From the IMG/VR virus record IMGVR_UViG_2698536372_000015, positions 1-16,771 of that record: DNA of 16,771 nucleotides. One strand, written 5' to 3'. The notes below the pieces were generated by a model. That model saw only the letters and a program-made list of their open reading frames with translations, ran no database searches and was not told the origin of the DNA. Position 1 is the stretch's first letter. Each line of letters begins with the position of its first letter. Shown in pieces: positions 7,997 to 16,771 of this stretch. The stretch is from a virus. Lineage: Duplodnaviria; Heunggongvirae; Uroviricota; Caudoviricetes. The position numbers and the translations under genes are program-made.

Positions 7997-9943
7997 ATGA
8001 AACAACAGGTGTCATTCAAATTCCGGTTAAAACCAGATGGTCAACAGGAGCGTCAAATGAGGCGCTTTGCCGGAGCTTGTCGTTTCGTTTTCAACCGTGC
8101 TCTGGCGCTTCAGAATGAGAATCATGAGGCCGGTAAAAAATACATCCCTTACACGAAAATGGCTTCCTGGTTGGTTGAGTGGAAAAAAGACACTGAAACC
8201 GAATGGCTTAAAGATTCTCCCTCACAGCCATTGCAACAGTCACTGAAAGACCTTGAGCGGGCTTACAAAAACTTCTTCCAGAATCGGGCAGCTTTTCCCC
8301 GATTCAAAAAGCGGGGACAGAATGATGCATTCCGCTACCCGCAGGGTGTTAAGCTCGATCAGGAGAACAGCCGTATTTTTCTGCCGAAACTGGGCTGGAT
8401 GCGCTACCGGAATAGCCGTCAGGTCACGGGTGTTGTGAAAAATGTCACTGTCAGCCAGTCCTGCGGTAAGTGGTACATCAGTATTCAGACAGAAAGAGAG
8501 GTATCCACTCCTGTTCACCCTTCTGCATCAATGGTCGGACTGGATGCTGGTGTGGCTAAACTCGCCACGCTGTCAGATGGCACAGTCTTTGAACCTGTAA
8601 ATAGTTTTCAGAAAAACCAGAAGAAGCTGGCGAGACTTCAGCGACAGTTAAGCCGCAAGGTCAAATTCAGCAACAACTGGCAGAAGCAGAAACGCAAAAT
8701 ACAGCGACTGCATTCCCGTATCGCAAATATCCGCAGGGACTACCTTCATAAAGTCACAACGACCGTCAGCAAAAACCACGCAATGATAGTCATTGAGGAT
8801 TTGAAGGTCAGCAACATGTCAAAGTCAGCAGCGGGTACGGTCAGCCAGCCGGGGCGCAATGTCCGGGCAAAATCAGGTTTAAACCGTTCGATACTGGATC
8901 AGGGCTGGTATGAAATGCGCCGCCAGCTTGAGTACAAGCAGCTCTGGCGTGGCGGTCAGGTGCTTGCTGTTCCGCCAGCGTACACAAGCCAGCGTTGCGC
9001 GTGCTGTGGTCATACAGCGAANNNNNNNGCTTTTCCCCGATTCAAAAAGCGGGGACAGAATGATGCATTCCGCTACCCGCAGGGTGTTAAGCTCGATCAG
9101 GAGAACAGCCGTATTTTTCTGCCGAAACTGGGCTGGATGCGCTACCGGAATAGCCGTCAGGTCACGGGTGTTGTGAAAAATGTCACTGTCAGCCAGTCCT
9201 GCGGTAAGTGGTACATCAGTATTCAGACAGAAAGAGAGGTATCCACTCCTGTTCACCCTTCTGCATCAATGGTCGGACTGGATGCTGGTGTGGCTAAACT
9301 CGCCACGCTGTCAGATGGCACAGTCTTTGAACCTGTAAATAGTTTTCAGAAAAACCAGAAGAAGCTGGCGAGACTTCAGCGACAGTTAAGCCGCAAGGTC
9401 AAATTCAGCAACAACTGGCAGAAGCAGAAACGCAAAATACAGCGACTGCATTTTCGTATCGCAAATATCCGCAGAGACTACCTTCATAAAGTCACAACGA
9501 TCATCAGCAAAAACCACGCAATGATTGTCATTGAGGATTTGAAGGTTAAAAACATGGCAAAGTCAGCAGCGGGTACGGTCAGCCAGCCGGGGCGCAATGT
9601 CTGGACAAAATCAGGTTTAAACCGTTCGATACTGGATCAGGGCTGGTATGAAATGCGCCGCCAGCTTGAGTATAAGCAGCTCTGGCATGGCGGTCAGGTA
9701 CTGGCAGTGCCGCCAGCGTACACAAGCCAGCGTTGCGCGTGCTGTGGTCATACCGCGAAAGAAAATCGCCTGTCACAAAGTAAATTCAGATGCCAGGTAT
9801 GTGGATATACAGCGAACGCCGATGTAAACGGCGCTCGTAACATTTTAGCGGCGGGGCACGCCGTTCTTGCCTGTGGAGGGATGGTGCAGTCAGGCCGCCC
9901 GTTGAAGCAGGAACCAACCGAAATGATTCAGGCGATAGCCTGA
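7997..9943 (+). CDS. tnpB: IS605-family TnpB (OrfB) RNA-guided nuclease; assembled ORF artefactually lengthened by an in-frame 738-nt duplication across a 7-N gap (true length about 402 aa)
   Basis: RuvC-I GLDAG, RuvC-II VIEDL, zinc finger CACCGH...CQVCGY, Ruv[14 protein letters not shown]. Blocks 8291-9021 and 9029-9759 are near-identical and separated by NNNNNNN; the offset is 738 nt, so the frame is kept and the translation shows XXX. Confidence 0.85.
   Translation: MKQQVSFKFRLKPDGQQERQMRRFAGACRFVFNRALALQNENHEAGKKYIPYTKMASWLVEWKKDTETEWLKDSPSQPLQQSLKDLERAYKNFFQNRAAFPRFKKRGQNDAFRYPQGVKLDQENSRIFLPKLGWMRYRNSRQVTGVVKNVTVSQSCGKWYISIQTEREVSTPVHPSASMVGLDAGVAKLATLSDGTVFEPVNSFQKNQKKLARLQRQLSRKVKFSNNWQKQKRKIQRLHSRIANIRRDYLHKVTTTVSKNHAMIVIEDLKVSNMSKSAAGTVSQPGRNVRAKSGLNRSILDQGWYEMRRQLEYKQLWRGGQVLAVPPAYTSQRCACCGHTAXXXAFPRFKKRGQNDAFRYPQGVKLDQENSRIFLPKLGWMRYRNSRQVTGVVKNVTVSQSCGKWYISIQTEREVSTPVHPSASMVGLDAGVAKLATLSDGTVFEPVNSFQKNQKKLARLQRQLSRKVKFSNNWQKQKRKIQRLHFRIANIRRDYLHKVTTIISKNHAMIVIEDLKVKNMAKSAAGTVSQPGRNVWTKSGLNRSILDQGWYEMRRQLEYKQLWHGGQVLAVPPAYTSQRCACCGHTAKENRLSQSKFRCQVCGYTANADVNGARNILAAGHAVLACGGMVQSGRPLKQEPTEMIQAIA
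8291..9021. repeat. first copy of duplicated 731-bp tnpB segment, ending at the assembly gap
   Basis: Identical to 9029-9452 over the first 424 bp, then roughly 15-20 substitutions by eye up to the gap. Confidence 0.8.
9029..9759. repeat. second copy of duplicated tnpB segment, contiguous with the tnpB 3' end
   Basis: Begins immediately after the N run at 9022-9028 and continues into the C-terminal zinc-finger region. Confidence 0.8.
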
Positions 9944-10004
9944 ACGTAGCAGGAATCCACGCCCGTCAGGGTGCGGAGGATGTCAAAAGGCAGGTGAGGT
10001 TATA

Positions 10005-10136
10005 ATGAGAAAACTATTACTACCGTTATTATTTATGGCCGGGACTGTTAATGCAGCATCAAGCGTGAAGGAGATTTGTACCGATTATACGAAATACCTT
10101 GGGCACGTTTACGCCTTTGCGATCAATGACTATTAA
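10005..10136 (+). CDS. small exported peptide (43 aa, predicted signal peptide)
   Basis: ATG with a good SD (GGTGAGG); N-terminal signal-peptide-like MRKLLLPLLFMAGTVNA; mature part about 26 aa with one Cys. Below the ORF-track length cut-off; found by reading. Confidence 0.4.
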   Translation: MRKLLLPLLFMAGTVNAASSVKEICTDYTKYLGHVYAFAINDY

Positions 10137-10157
10137 TCCATGCGTAGGAGTGGATTT

Positions 10158-10475
10158 ATGCTGATTCGTTTGTTTTTAGTGCTTTCCTTTTTAACATTTA
10201 ATGTTTTTGCTGATGAAGTTGACTTTTCGAAGGTAGATTGCAATTCAGTGGAAACAAGAAAAGCTCTTATTGAAGAATATAACGAAATATTATCGTCATA
10301 TGGAATAACAGTGGTTGATTCTTATAATCAAAAAACTATTCAGAAAGGAATAAATAAACTGGTTTGTTATGGGGTTTACCAATATTCAGATGGCTCTTCG
10401 GAGTATGTTATTTATAAAGCATACCCAAATAGTCTTGGTGAATTGATTAGTGAGTTTAAACCGATTAATGAGTGA
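10158..10475 (+). CDS. small exported protein (105 aa, cleavable signal peptide, two Cys)
   Basis: ATG at 10158 with SD AGGAG. Signal peptide MLIRLFLVLSFLTFNVFA followed by an acidic mature start. Very AT-rich coding sequence. Confidence 0.6.
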   Translation: MLIRLFLVLSFLTFNVFADEVDFSKVDCNSVETRKALIEEYNEILSSYGITVVDSYNQKTIQKGINKLVCYGVYQYSDGSSEYVIYKAYPNSLGELISEFKPINE

Positions 10476-10482
10476 ATGGAAA

Positions 10483-11262
10483 ATGAAATTATTTAATGTA
10501 ATAACATTTTGTTGTGCTATTTTTGCTGGAAGCGCGATAGCTGATAATAAATTGCCAGATTGGCTTTCTACTTCAAAAAAAGATTATGATTTAGTAAGGG
10601 TGTTCTATTTGTCTGGATTTGCCTCGAAAGCAATGAATAATCAATTTGGTTATCATTTTCCATCTGAGTTGGTTAATGATTTTAAAGATAATGAATTTGC
10701 CGCTCAGGAAAAATGGAATAAAATTTCAATTGTATATGGTGAAATAAAATCCATAAGAATGGTGAATAATGAACCAATTGTAGAGTTATTTACTCCAGGG
10801 GAAAATGCAACGCCACTAAATTATATCAAATTGAAAGTGTTGGATTCAAAACAAAACTCTCTGTTAAAACTAAAAAAAGGGGATGATATATATGCAGTGT
10901 GCTCCGGTGCTAATTTTAGTTTAGTGCCAATTCTGAGCAACTGCACTCCAGCAACTGACGTCATTGATGCTGCACTCTCTTTTTCTGGTGAATATATGTT
11001 CCCTGCTTTTGATTCTTTTTCACCTACTAAGCAAAACGTCAAATATATATTCACAAATCAAGATCCTGTTCAGATGATGAATTTTATAGGGTACCTATCC
11101 TTAGTCGATACAACGAAGGATAAGAATAAAATGGATATGGTTCGTAAGTGTACGCCTTGGAAGCCGGAATGTTCACAACAATTCGTTGATGTAATGGAAG
11201 GATTTGATAACATCATGTATAAATATGAGAGGGAATTTAAAAATTACATAGAATTAAAATAG
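10483..11262 (+). CDS. exported protein (259 aa, signal peptide, several Cys), unknown function
   Basis: ATG at 10483 is 8 nt after the upstream stop. Signal peptide MKLFNVITFCCAIFAGSAIA with a likely signal peptidase I site (no clear lipobox). Very AT-rich. Confidence 0.65.
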   Translation: MKLFNVITFCCAIFAGSAIADNKLPDWLSTSKKDYDLVRVFYLSGFASKAMNNQFGYHFPSELVNDFKDNEFAAQEKWNKISIVYGEIKSIRMVNNEPIVELFTPGENATPLNYIKLKVLDSKQNSLLKLKKGDDIYAVCSGANFSLVPILSNCTPATDVIDAALSFSGEYMFPAFDSFSPTKQNVKYIFTNQDPVQMMNFIGYLSLVDTTKDKNKMDMVRKCTPWKPECSQQFVDVMEGFDNIMYKYEREFKNYIELK

Positions 11263-11294
11263 TATTTGAAATGATAGTCAATTTAAGTTTTAAC

Positions 11295-11326
11295 AAAACG
11301 CCCATTAAAGGGCGTTTTATTGTTTT
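11295..11326 (+). terminator. rho-independent terminator of the exported-protein operon
   Basis: Stem AAAACGCCC / GGGCGTTTT with loop ATTAAA, followed by a T-rich run (ATTGTTTT). Confidence 0.7.
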
Positions 11327-11430
11327 ACTCAAAACAATCTGATTATGTGATAACCATATCATATTCCTCATTCCACCTACACTGATTACCCCCCAGACAA
11401 CAACATTCCTACTCAATGAACAAATGACTA

Positions 11431-12038
<608 letters not shown>

Positions 12039-12048
12039 GGGGGCTGAT

Positions 12049-12660
12049 ATGGGGCTTAATGTTGCTTCAGTAAAGTCTTATGTATCTTCGGCATTAACGA
12101 CGACATTATTTGGCTCCGGCGTTGGTGAGCGGGAAGTTGGTAAGCTGACGTCAATCATCATGAACAAAATGCTGTTCGCGCAAGGATGGCAGTTCTCTGT
12201 CGAAGTTGATGGTCTGGAGGGGGCAGACTTCTTTGCCAAAGACATTACCTACCACGATTACAGCATCGAATATGAAACGATTAAAATAGGCGGAGGGAAT
12301 ATCCTTCAGCCAACGGAGCGTTCGCCTGGGCAGATAACAATGATGGTCAGGGATACCGTTGATGGCCTCGTTTTGGACTGGTTTAAGACGGCAAAAGGTC
12401 GGGTGATCAATCCGGACGGTACCGGGAATATACCGTCTAAATATTTGCTCAATGTGCGTATTTATCGGTTGCTGTCCTCCGGTTTAACCAAACTGGAAAA
12501 TGAGATGACGGTATTCCCGGTCACTACCGGCGATGTCACCTATGCGCGGGATCAGGTTACGGAATTTAAGTCATTCCCAATGACCTTCGCATTGCACAGC
12601 ACGTTTAACCAATCCTCAAGTTCTTTAGCTTCCCTTCTGGGCTTTAGTTTTTCTCTTTGA
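12049..12660 (+). CDS. hypothetical phage structural protein, 203 aa
   Basis: SD GAGGGGG 7 nt upstream; starts 10 nt after the previous stop. No motif recognised. Confidence 0.7.
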   Translation: MGLNVASVKSYVSSALTTTLFGSGVGEREVGKLTSIIMNKMLFAQGWQFSVEVDGLEGADFFAKDITYHDYSIEYETIKIGGGNILQPTERSPGQITMMVRDTVDGLVLDWFKTAKGRVINPDGTGNIPSKYLLNVRIYRLLSSGLTKLENEMTVFPVTTGDVTYARDQVTEFKSFPMTFALHSTFNQSSSSLASLLGFSFSL

Positions 12661-12674
12661 ATTAAGGAGCAAGG

Positions 12675-13556
12675 ATGCTTTTACCTCTTTTCCCGCTACC
12701 ATCGCGGCCAACTGAATTGATCCAGTTCCGTCAGCCAAATATTGCTGATGCGATGCGTTTCAACTCGATAACACCGGAGGAACAAGAACAACAGACAACG
12801 GCGTATTTAAAAGCCTTGCTGGCTGAACCCGCGAAATATGATCCCCTGACATGGACGGCGCAGGACCGGATTACCGCGTTATGGTGGATATTTACTGGCT
12901 CCCGTGAAACACCGGTCGAGACATTCACCTACACCTGTAAACATTGCGGTAAAGAGCATTATTACGATTGCGATATGAATGCTCTGGCTGAAGATATCCA
13001 GGTCCTGGAAGTGGAACCGTTCATTGACGATATTGAGGTGTCTGTAGAGGGCGTGCCTTATCAATGGCGTATCGTGCCGCTTGATGGTTGGGCAATGGAA
13101 ATGCTGGAGATGCGCCGTGCAGCATTGCCACCTGAAGACGACGCGGAATTCAAAGAAGCGATCGTTGATTTGCGTTTTTGGGAATTCGCTTATCAGTGTG
13201 AACTTTATAACGATGTTAGCGGTACTCGTGAAGAGCAGGCTGAGCGTCGTTATGAAACGATCAAACGGATGGCCATTGATACTGAATTTATGAAGCTGGC
13301 GGCACACATCCGACTGGCTCATGAAAAGCTCGAACATGGTTTACCGTGCTACATCGATAAAGGCGAAATGCGTCTTCGTCTCCCGCCGCACAAATGCCCA
13401 AACCAGGATAAAAAGGAGTCCACAGAGGGTGCGTATACCCGTCTGTGGGTGCCCTTTCGGGCTACCGACTTCATTCCACAGGTGGGGATTGAAAAGCTAT
13501 CAGACCTTAGTGTCCAACCTGGTTTTGTATGGGGGTATACCGATTCAGGACGCTGA
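12675..13556 (+). CDS. hypothetical phage structural or assembly protein with Cys cluster (possible zinc ribbon), 293 aa
   Basis: SD AAGGAG. Cys cluster CKHCGKEHYYDCD plus distal Cys residues. Position directly before the tape-measure-like gene. Confidence 0.7.
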   Translation: MLLPLFPLPSRPTELIQFRQPNIADAMRFNSITPEEQEQQTTAYLKALLAEPAKYDPLTWTAQDRITALWWIFTGSRETPVETFTYTCKHCGKEHYYDCDMNALAEDIQVLEVEPFIDDIEVSVEGVPYQWRIVPLDGWAMEMLEMRRAALPPEDDAEFKEAIVDLRFWEFAYQCELYNDVSGTREEQAERRYETIKRMAIDTEFMKLAAHIRLAHEKLEHGLPCYIDKGEMRLRLPPHKCPNQDKKESTEGAYTRLWVPFRATDFIPQVGIEKLSDLSVQPGFVWGYTDSGR

Positions 13557-13637
13557 AAGGCTCACTGAATCCTATGCGTTTTTCCTGTTGGAGAAACTGG
13601 AAGAAAAACTTAAACCGAAGCGGTAGGCGATAAGATC

Positions 13638-16600
13638 ATGGAAAGAAAAAACGCCAACATTGACGATGTGATAAGGACGGTTGAAACCGCCAGCGCAAAA
13701 GAGCTGGAAGAGCTTGCAGGTATTCGGGAAGCTGTTGAAGATTTGAAAGGGGGGCGAGTTGCTACTGTTGATCCTGTCTCTCGCAGCGTGTCGGCATTAA
13801 ATCGCACAATCGAAAATTCCCGGCCTGACTTTGTGGCCAAAGCGCCATCCGTAGACCCTATTGTTGACGCAATGAAACGGCTTAATTTAGGGGACGTTTC
13901 TCGTGTAGTTCAGGAAGATGTTGCTCAACAGGAACAGCGGGCCAAATCAACCACACAAAAGGGTAAAAAACGACGCAGGAAGGCTATACCAGAGGATGTA
14001 AAGGCACAACGGACCGAAGCAGCCGAACACGCTCGCGAAATGTTCGGTCAAAAAGGCGGTGCGCAAAAAAGCCAAAACCAACGCGATGCGCGTGGTCGTT
14101 TTATTGGAAAGTCAGGGAGTAAGGCCGCAGCGGAAGATGCCCGTGCTGAACGAGCAGAAAAGGCCAGGCGAAAAGAGGATGATGAGCGTCTAAATGCTGA
14201 ATCAGGTTTATTAAAAAAACTGTCAAAAGTAGCTGAAGGCATAGGTAACCCTTCAGAGACTCGTGCCGTCGATGCGTTAGGTTACGCCGTTGCTGGTCCA
14301 TTGTGGGCAGCAGGGAAGGAGCTTGGCGGGATATCAAAAGAAGTTGGTGGATCGCTTAATGGTGCCAGAAAGTCTATTGCCGATGTGATTCGTGGCAATG
14401 ACGATAACAGCCGTAGAAAAGGTTTTTTTAGGCGTAAATCGCAAAATAGTGCCGATGTCGTTCAGGTTAACACCCAAAAACGGACGGTTCAGGAACTTCA
14501 GGAGCAGACCAGCGAAATTAAAGAGGGCAATGACAAGATTCTCCGTGCCCTTGATCAGATAGCCAAAAACACCGGTAAAAAGAAGGGCGGCTTGCTGTCC
14601 AAACTATTTAGCCTGTTAGGGAAGGGGGCCGGTGGCGTCGCGTCGTTGTTAATGGGGCGTGGCATGCTGAAAAAAGCTGGAGCACTCGCTTTTGGCGCTC
14701 TGGGGGCAAAGAAACTTGTAGGAATGCTACGCGGTGGTGGCAAGAAGACTCTCGCTCATGAAGGCGGAGATTTGGCTGCCCGGGCAGCAGGTAAACTTGG
14801 ATTAAAGGCAGTTGGTAAAGGGGCGTTACGCGCAATTCCCCTAGTCGGCACAGTGGCTGGAGGTATTTATGGTGCGGTAACCGGTTGGAATGATACAGAA
14901 GCGCAACGTCGAGCGTTTGGGCTTAAATCAGGACAAGATCCATCATTCCAGCAAAAAGCCGCTTATACGTTAGCTAATGTTCTTGATATGGGGGGACTGG
15001 TATCTGGTATTAGCAGCGCCATTGGTGAGGTTCTCAAATCACTTGGATTTGAGGATATCGGCAATATGTTGCAATCATTTTCGACGGAAAGTATTGCCCA
15101 GGCCATTGATAGTGGGATTACCAACTTAGAAACATATATTTCTAATCTTGGCGACACCATTTCTACCAAGTTCGATGATTATACAGCAAAGATTGGTGAT
15201 GCTATTTCTGCATGGTTCAGTGACACCACAAAGAATCTGAACGAAAAATTAGACGCCATCAAAAACTTCTTTACTGTCGATAACCTGAAACAGGTTTTCA
15301 GTGATGCAATTGATAGTGCAATTGATTTCATTAAGAATCCTGGGAAATACATTAAAGAGGCTGGCAGTAATCTATGGAGTGCCGCAAAAGAGCTTTCAGG
15401 TGAGGTTGCAGATGCCGCTGTTCAGAGCACCCCTGTGGCCTGGGTTGCATCAAAGCTAGTCAACAAAGCGGATGCGAAAGAGGTTACACCTGAATTAAAA
15501 ACACCAGCTAAAGAAAGTCAGGAGGACAATGCTCCTAAGACTGAATATACCCCTAAAAAGGCTAATATTGTCACTCGTGTTGTAAATGCATCCCTAGATA
15601 CGGCGAAAGATAGCAATAAAACAGTTAAAGAAACTGCCAATCAGATTATCAATGCAAATGCCGTAGAAACGGGCAATCGCGCGTTGCAGAAAATTGATAA
15701 TGCTATTGGTCAAAATAGCTCATCATCATCGTCGCTTAATACTACTGGCACCAGGAATGACATTCAGAAAGCTGCGGATACCTACAACAATGGCAACTTA
15801 GATGTAAAAGTCGGAAGCCTTGGCGCTGAAGGTAAGGCAAATCTCGATAAGTTGGCTCCGTATTTTGCTGAACTAGAGAATAAATATGGCCTTCCTGAAG
15901 GTACTCTTTACGCGATCGCTGCAACTGAATCTGGTGGTGATCCTAACGCAAAATCTACGCTTACAAGATCACCAAATGGAAAGCTAAGTGGTGGCGCTCT
16001 CGGAATGTTCCAGTTTACGAGCGTTGCTCGTGAGGAAACTGGATTATCCCGGGAAGATTCTTTTAATCCGGAAAAATCGGCAGAAGCTGCGGCTCTTCTC
16101 ATGAGCAAGTATCTGAAGCAAGCCAATGGAGACTTAAACGAGGCCATCACTGCATATAACGCTGGGTTTGGCACTATCAATAAGTGGAAAAAAGGCACAG
16201 GTGACTTATCGAAAGAAAACCGTGAGTACGCGATCAAGGTCAATACTCATCGTGCTCGCTATTTAGGTGGTGAAATCTATACACCTGGAGCAGGAGCACA
16301 GGGTGGGGCGCAATATGGAGTGAGGGGACCACTGCCTGATAACGCTGTTATCGATCAGTCTACTGGCCTGGCGTTTACCCCTGGTGATAGCCCGTTTGAG
16401 AAAGGTGGTCTGGTAGACAAAATTGGCAATGCTGTTGGCGTTAACGATCTGGTCAACAAATTCATGAATGGCCGGGGTATGCGTCGGGAAGTCGTTCAGG
16501 GAACGCTCGAAGAACGTGCACGAGGGAAGGGGACCGCAACAGCAGCTGGCAATGTGTATGTTGATACTCCGATGCCAGTTGAAGAGGCACGTCCGGTGGC

Positions 16601-16771
16601 CAACAACTCAAGTTACTTTGACCAGCTCGGCGCACAAATGGGGATTGATGGACTGTATGACAAACTCATTAATGCCCGGGGAATGCGCTCAAATAATTCT
16701 CCTCAACCAGCCTCCACGTCCCAGGTGACGACTGCCGCCAACGATTTGCAGCAACCAACCGGTCGTATGCA
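13638..16771 (+). CDS. 3'-partial tape-measure-like structural protein with lytic transglycosylase (SLT) domain, P1 Sit-like; continues beyond window end
   Basis: Frame open from ATG 13638 to the window end (over 1040 codons). Basic and coiled N-terminal region, Gly-rich hydrophobic segment (GKGAGGVASLLMGRGMLKKAGALAFGALGAKKLVG), and SLT motifs AIAATESGG (Glu codon 15927-15929), GALGMFQF and AYNAGFG. Confidence 0.88.
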   Translation, partial: MERKNANIDDVIRTVETASAKELEELAGIREAVEDLKGGRVATVDPVSRSVSALNRTIENSRPDFVAKAPSVDPIVDAMKRLNLGDVSRVVQEDVAQQEQRAKSTTQKGKKRRRKAIPEDVKAQRTEAAEHAREMFGQKGGAQKSQNQRDARGRFIGKSGSKAAAEDARAERAEKARRKEDDERLNAESGLLKKLSKVAEGIGNPSETRAVDALGYAVAGPLWAAGKELGGISKEVGGSLNGARKSIADVIRGNDDNSRRKGFFRRKSQNSADVVQVNTQKRTVQELQEQTSEIKEGNDKILRALDQIAKNTGKKKGGLLSKLFSLLGKGAGGVASLLMGRGMLKKAGALAFGALGAKKLVGMLRGGGKKTLAHEGGDLAARAAGKLGLKAVGKGALRAIPLVGTVAGGIYGAVTGWNDTEAQRRAFGLKSGQDPSFQQKAAYTLANVLDMGGLVSGISSAIGEVLKSLGFEDIGNMLQSFSTESIAQAIDSGITNLETYISNLGDTISTKFDDYTAKIGDAISAWFSDTTKNLNEKLDAIKNFFTVDNLKQVFSDAIDSAIDFIKNPGKYIKEAGSNLWSAAKELSGEVADAAVQSTPVAWVASKLVNKADAKEVTPELKTPAKESQEDNAPKTEYTPKKANIVTRVVNASLDTAKDSNKTVKETANQIINANAVETGNRALQKIDNAIGQNSSSSSSLNTTGTRNDIQKAADTYNNGNLDVKVGSLGAEGKANLDKLAPYFAELENKYGLPEGTLYAIAATESGGDPNAKSTLTRSPNGKLSGGALGMFQFTSVAREETGLSREDSFNPEKSAEAAALLMSKYLKQANGDLNEAITAYNAGFGTINKWKKGTGDLSKENREYAIKVNTHRARYLGGEIYTPGAGAQGGAQYGVRGPLPDNAVIDQSTGLAFTPGDSPFEKGGLVDKIGNAVGVNDLVNKFMNGRGMRREVVQGTLEERARGKGTATAAGNVYVDTPMPVEEARPVANNSSYFDQLGAQMGIDGLYDKLINARGMRSNNSPQPASTSQVTTAANDLQQPTGRM

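Larger units (their letters stand above)
7898..10004 (+). mobile_element. IS200/IS605-family element carrying tnpB only (IS1341-like); ends not determined
   Basis: Contains a TnpB/OrfB gene with intact RuvC-like and zinc-finger motifs; no tnpA in the window. Boundaries are simply the flanking gene limits, not mapped ends. Confidence 0.6.

Noticed and set aside
7997-9943. TnpB as a genuine 648-aa protein with an internal repeat
   Set aside because: The extra length comes from a 738-nt duplication centred on a run of N; the translation contains XXX. A single copy of about 402 aa matches normal TnpB size.
13321-13626. Alternative-frame ORF whose last 29 codons extend past the stop of the 293-aa gene, suggesting a programmed frameshift product
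   Set aside because: It would need a +1 shift with no obvious slippery heptamer, and a 29-codon open stretch is well within chance. Not supportable without homologues or proteomics.
13610-16728. Multiple minus-strand ORFs of 60-111 aa and one plus-strand off-frame ORF (16468..16728) within the tape-measure-like gene
   Set aside because: All overlap a single uninterrupted frame of over 1040 codons containing a recognisable SLT domain; they are shadow frames.

Overview
This window looks like a segment of a P1-like temperate phage or phage-plasmid (myovirus type) carrying accessory cargo; no rRNA, tRNA or CRISPR array was seen. The call rests on reading the sequence and on recalled family features, with no database search run. 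Backbone genes: an orphan SAR-type endolysin (lyz-like, minus strand) divergent from a single-stranded DNA-binding protein gene (ssb), a very large minus-strand protein (995 aa) with an HExxH motif followed by a translationally coupled small acidic protein, three tightly packed structural-looking genes, and a long tape-measure-like protein with a lytic transglycosylase domain that runs off the 3' end. Cargo: an AT-rich gene for an HTH-fused HipA-like kinase with no adjacent antitoxin gene, an IS605-family TnpB element, and a very AT-rich operon of three small exported proteins. The TnpB gene is interrupted by a run of 7 N flanked by two near-identical 731-bp blocks, which I read as a scaffolding artefact, so gene order across it should not be trusted. 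The candidates for a previously undescribed system are the solitary kinase, the exported-protein operon, and the large protein with its acidic partner.
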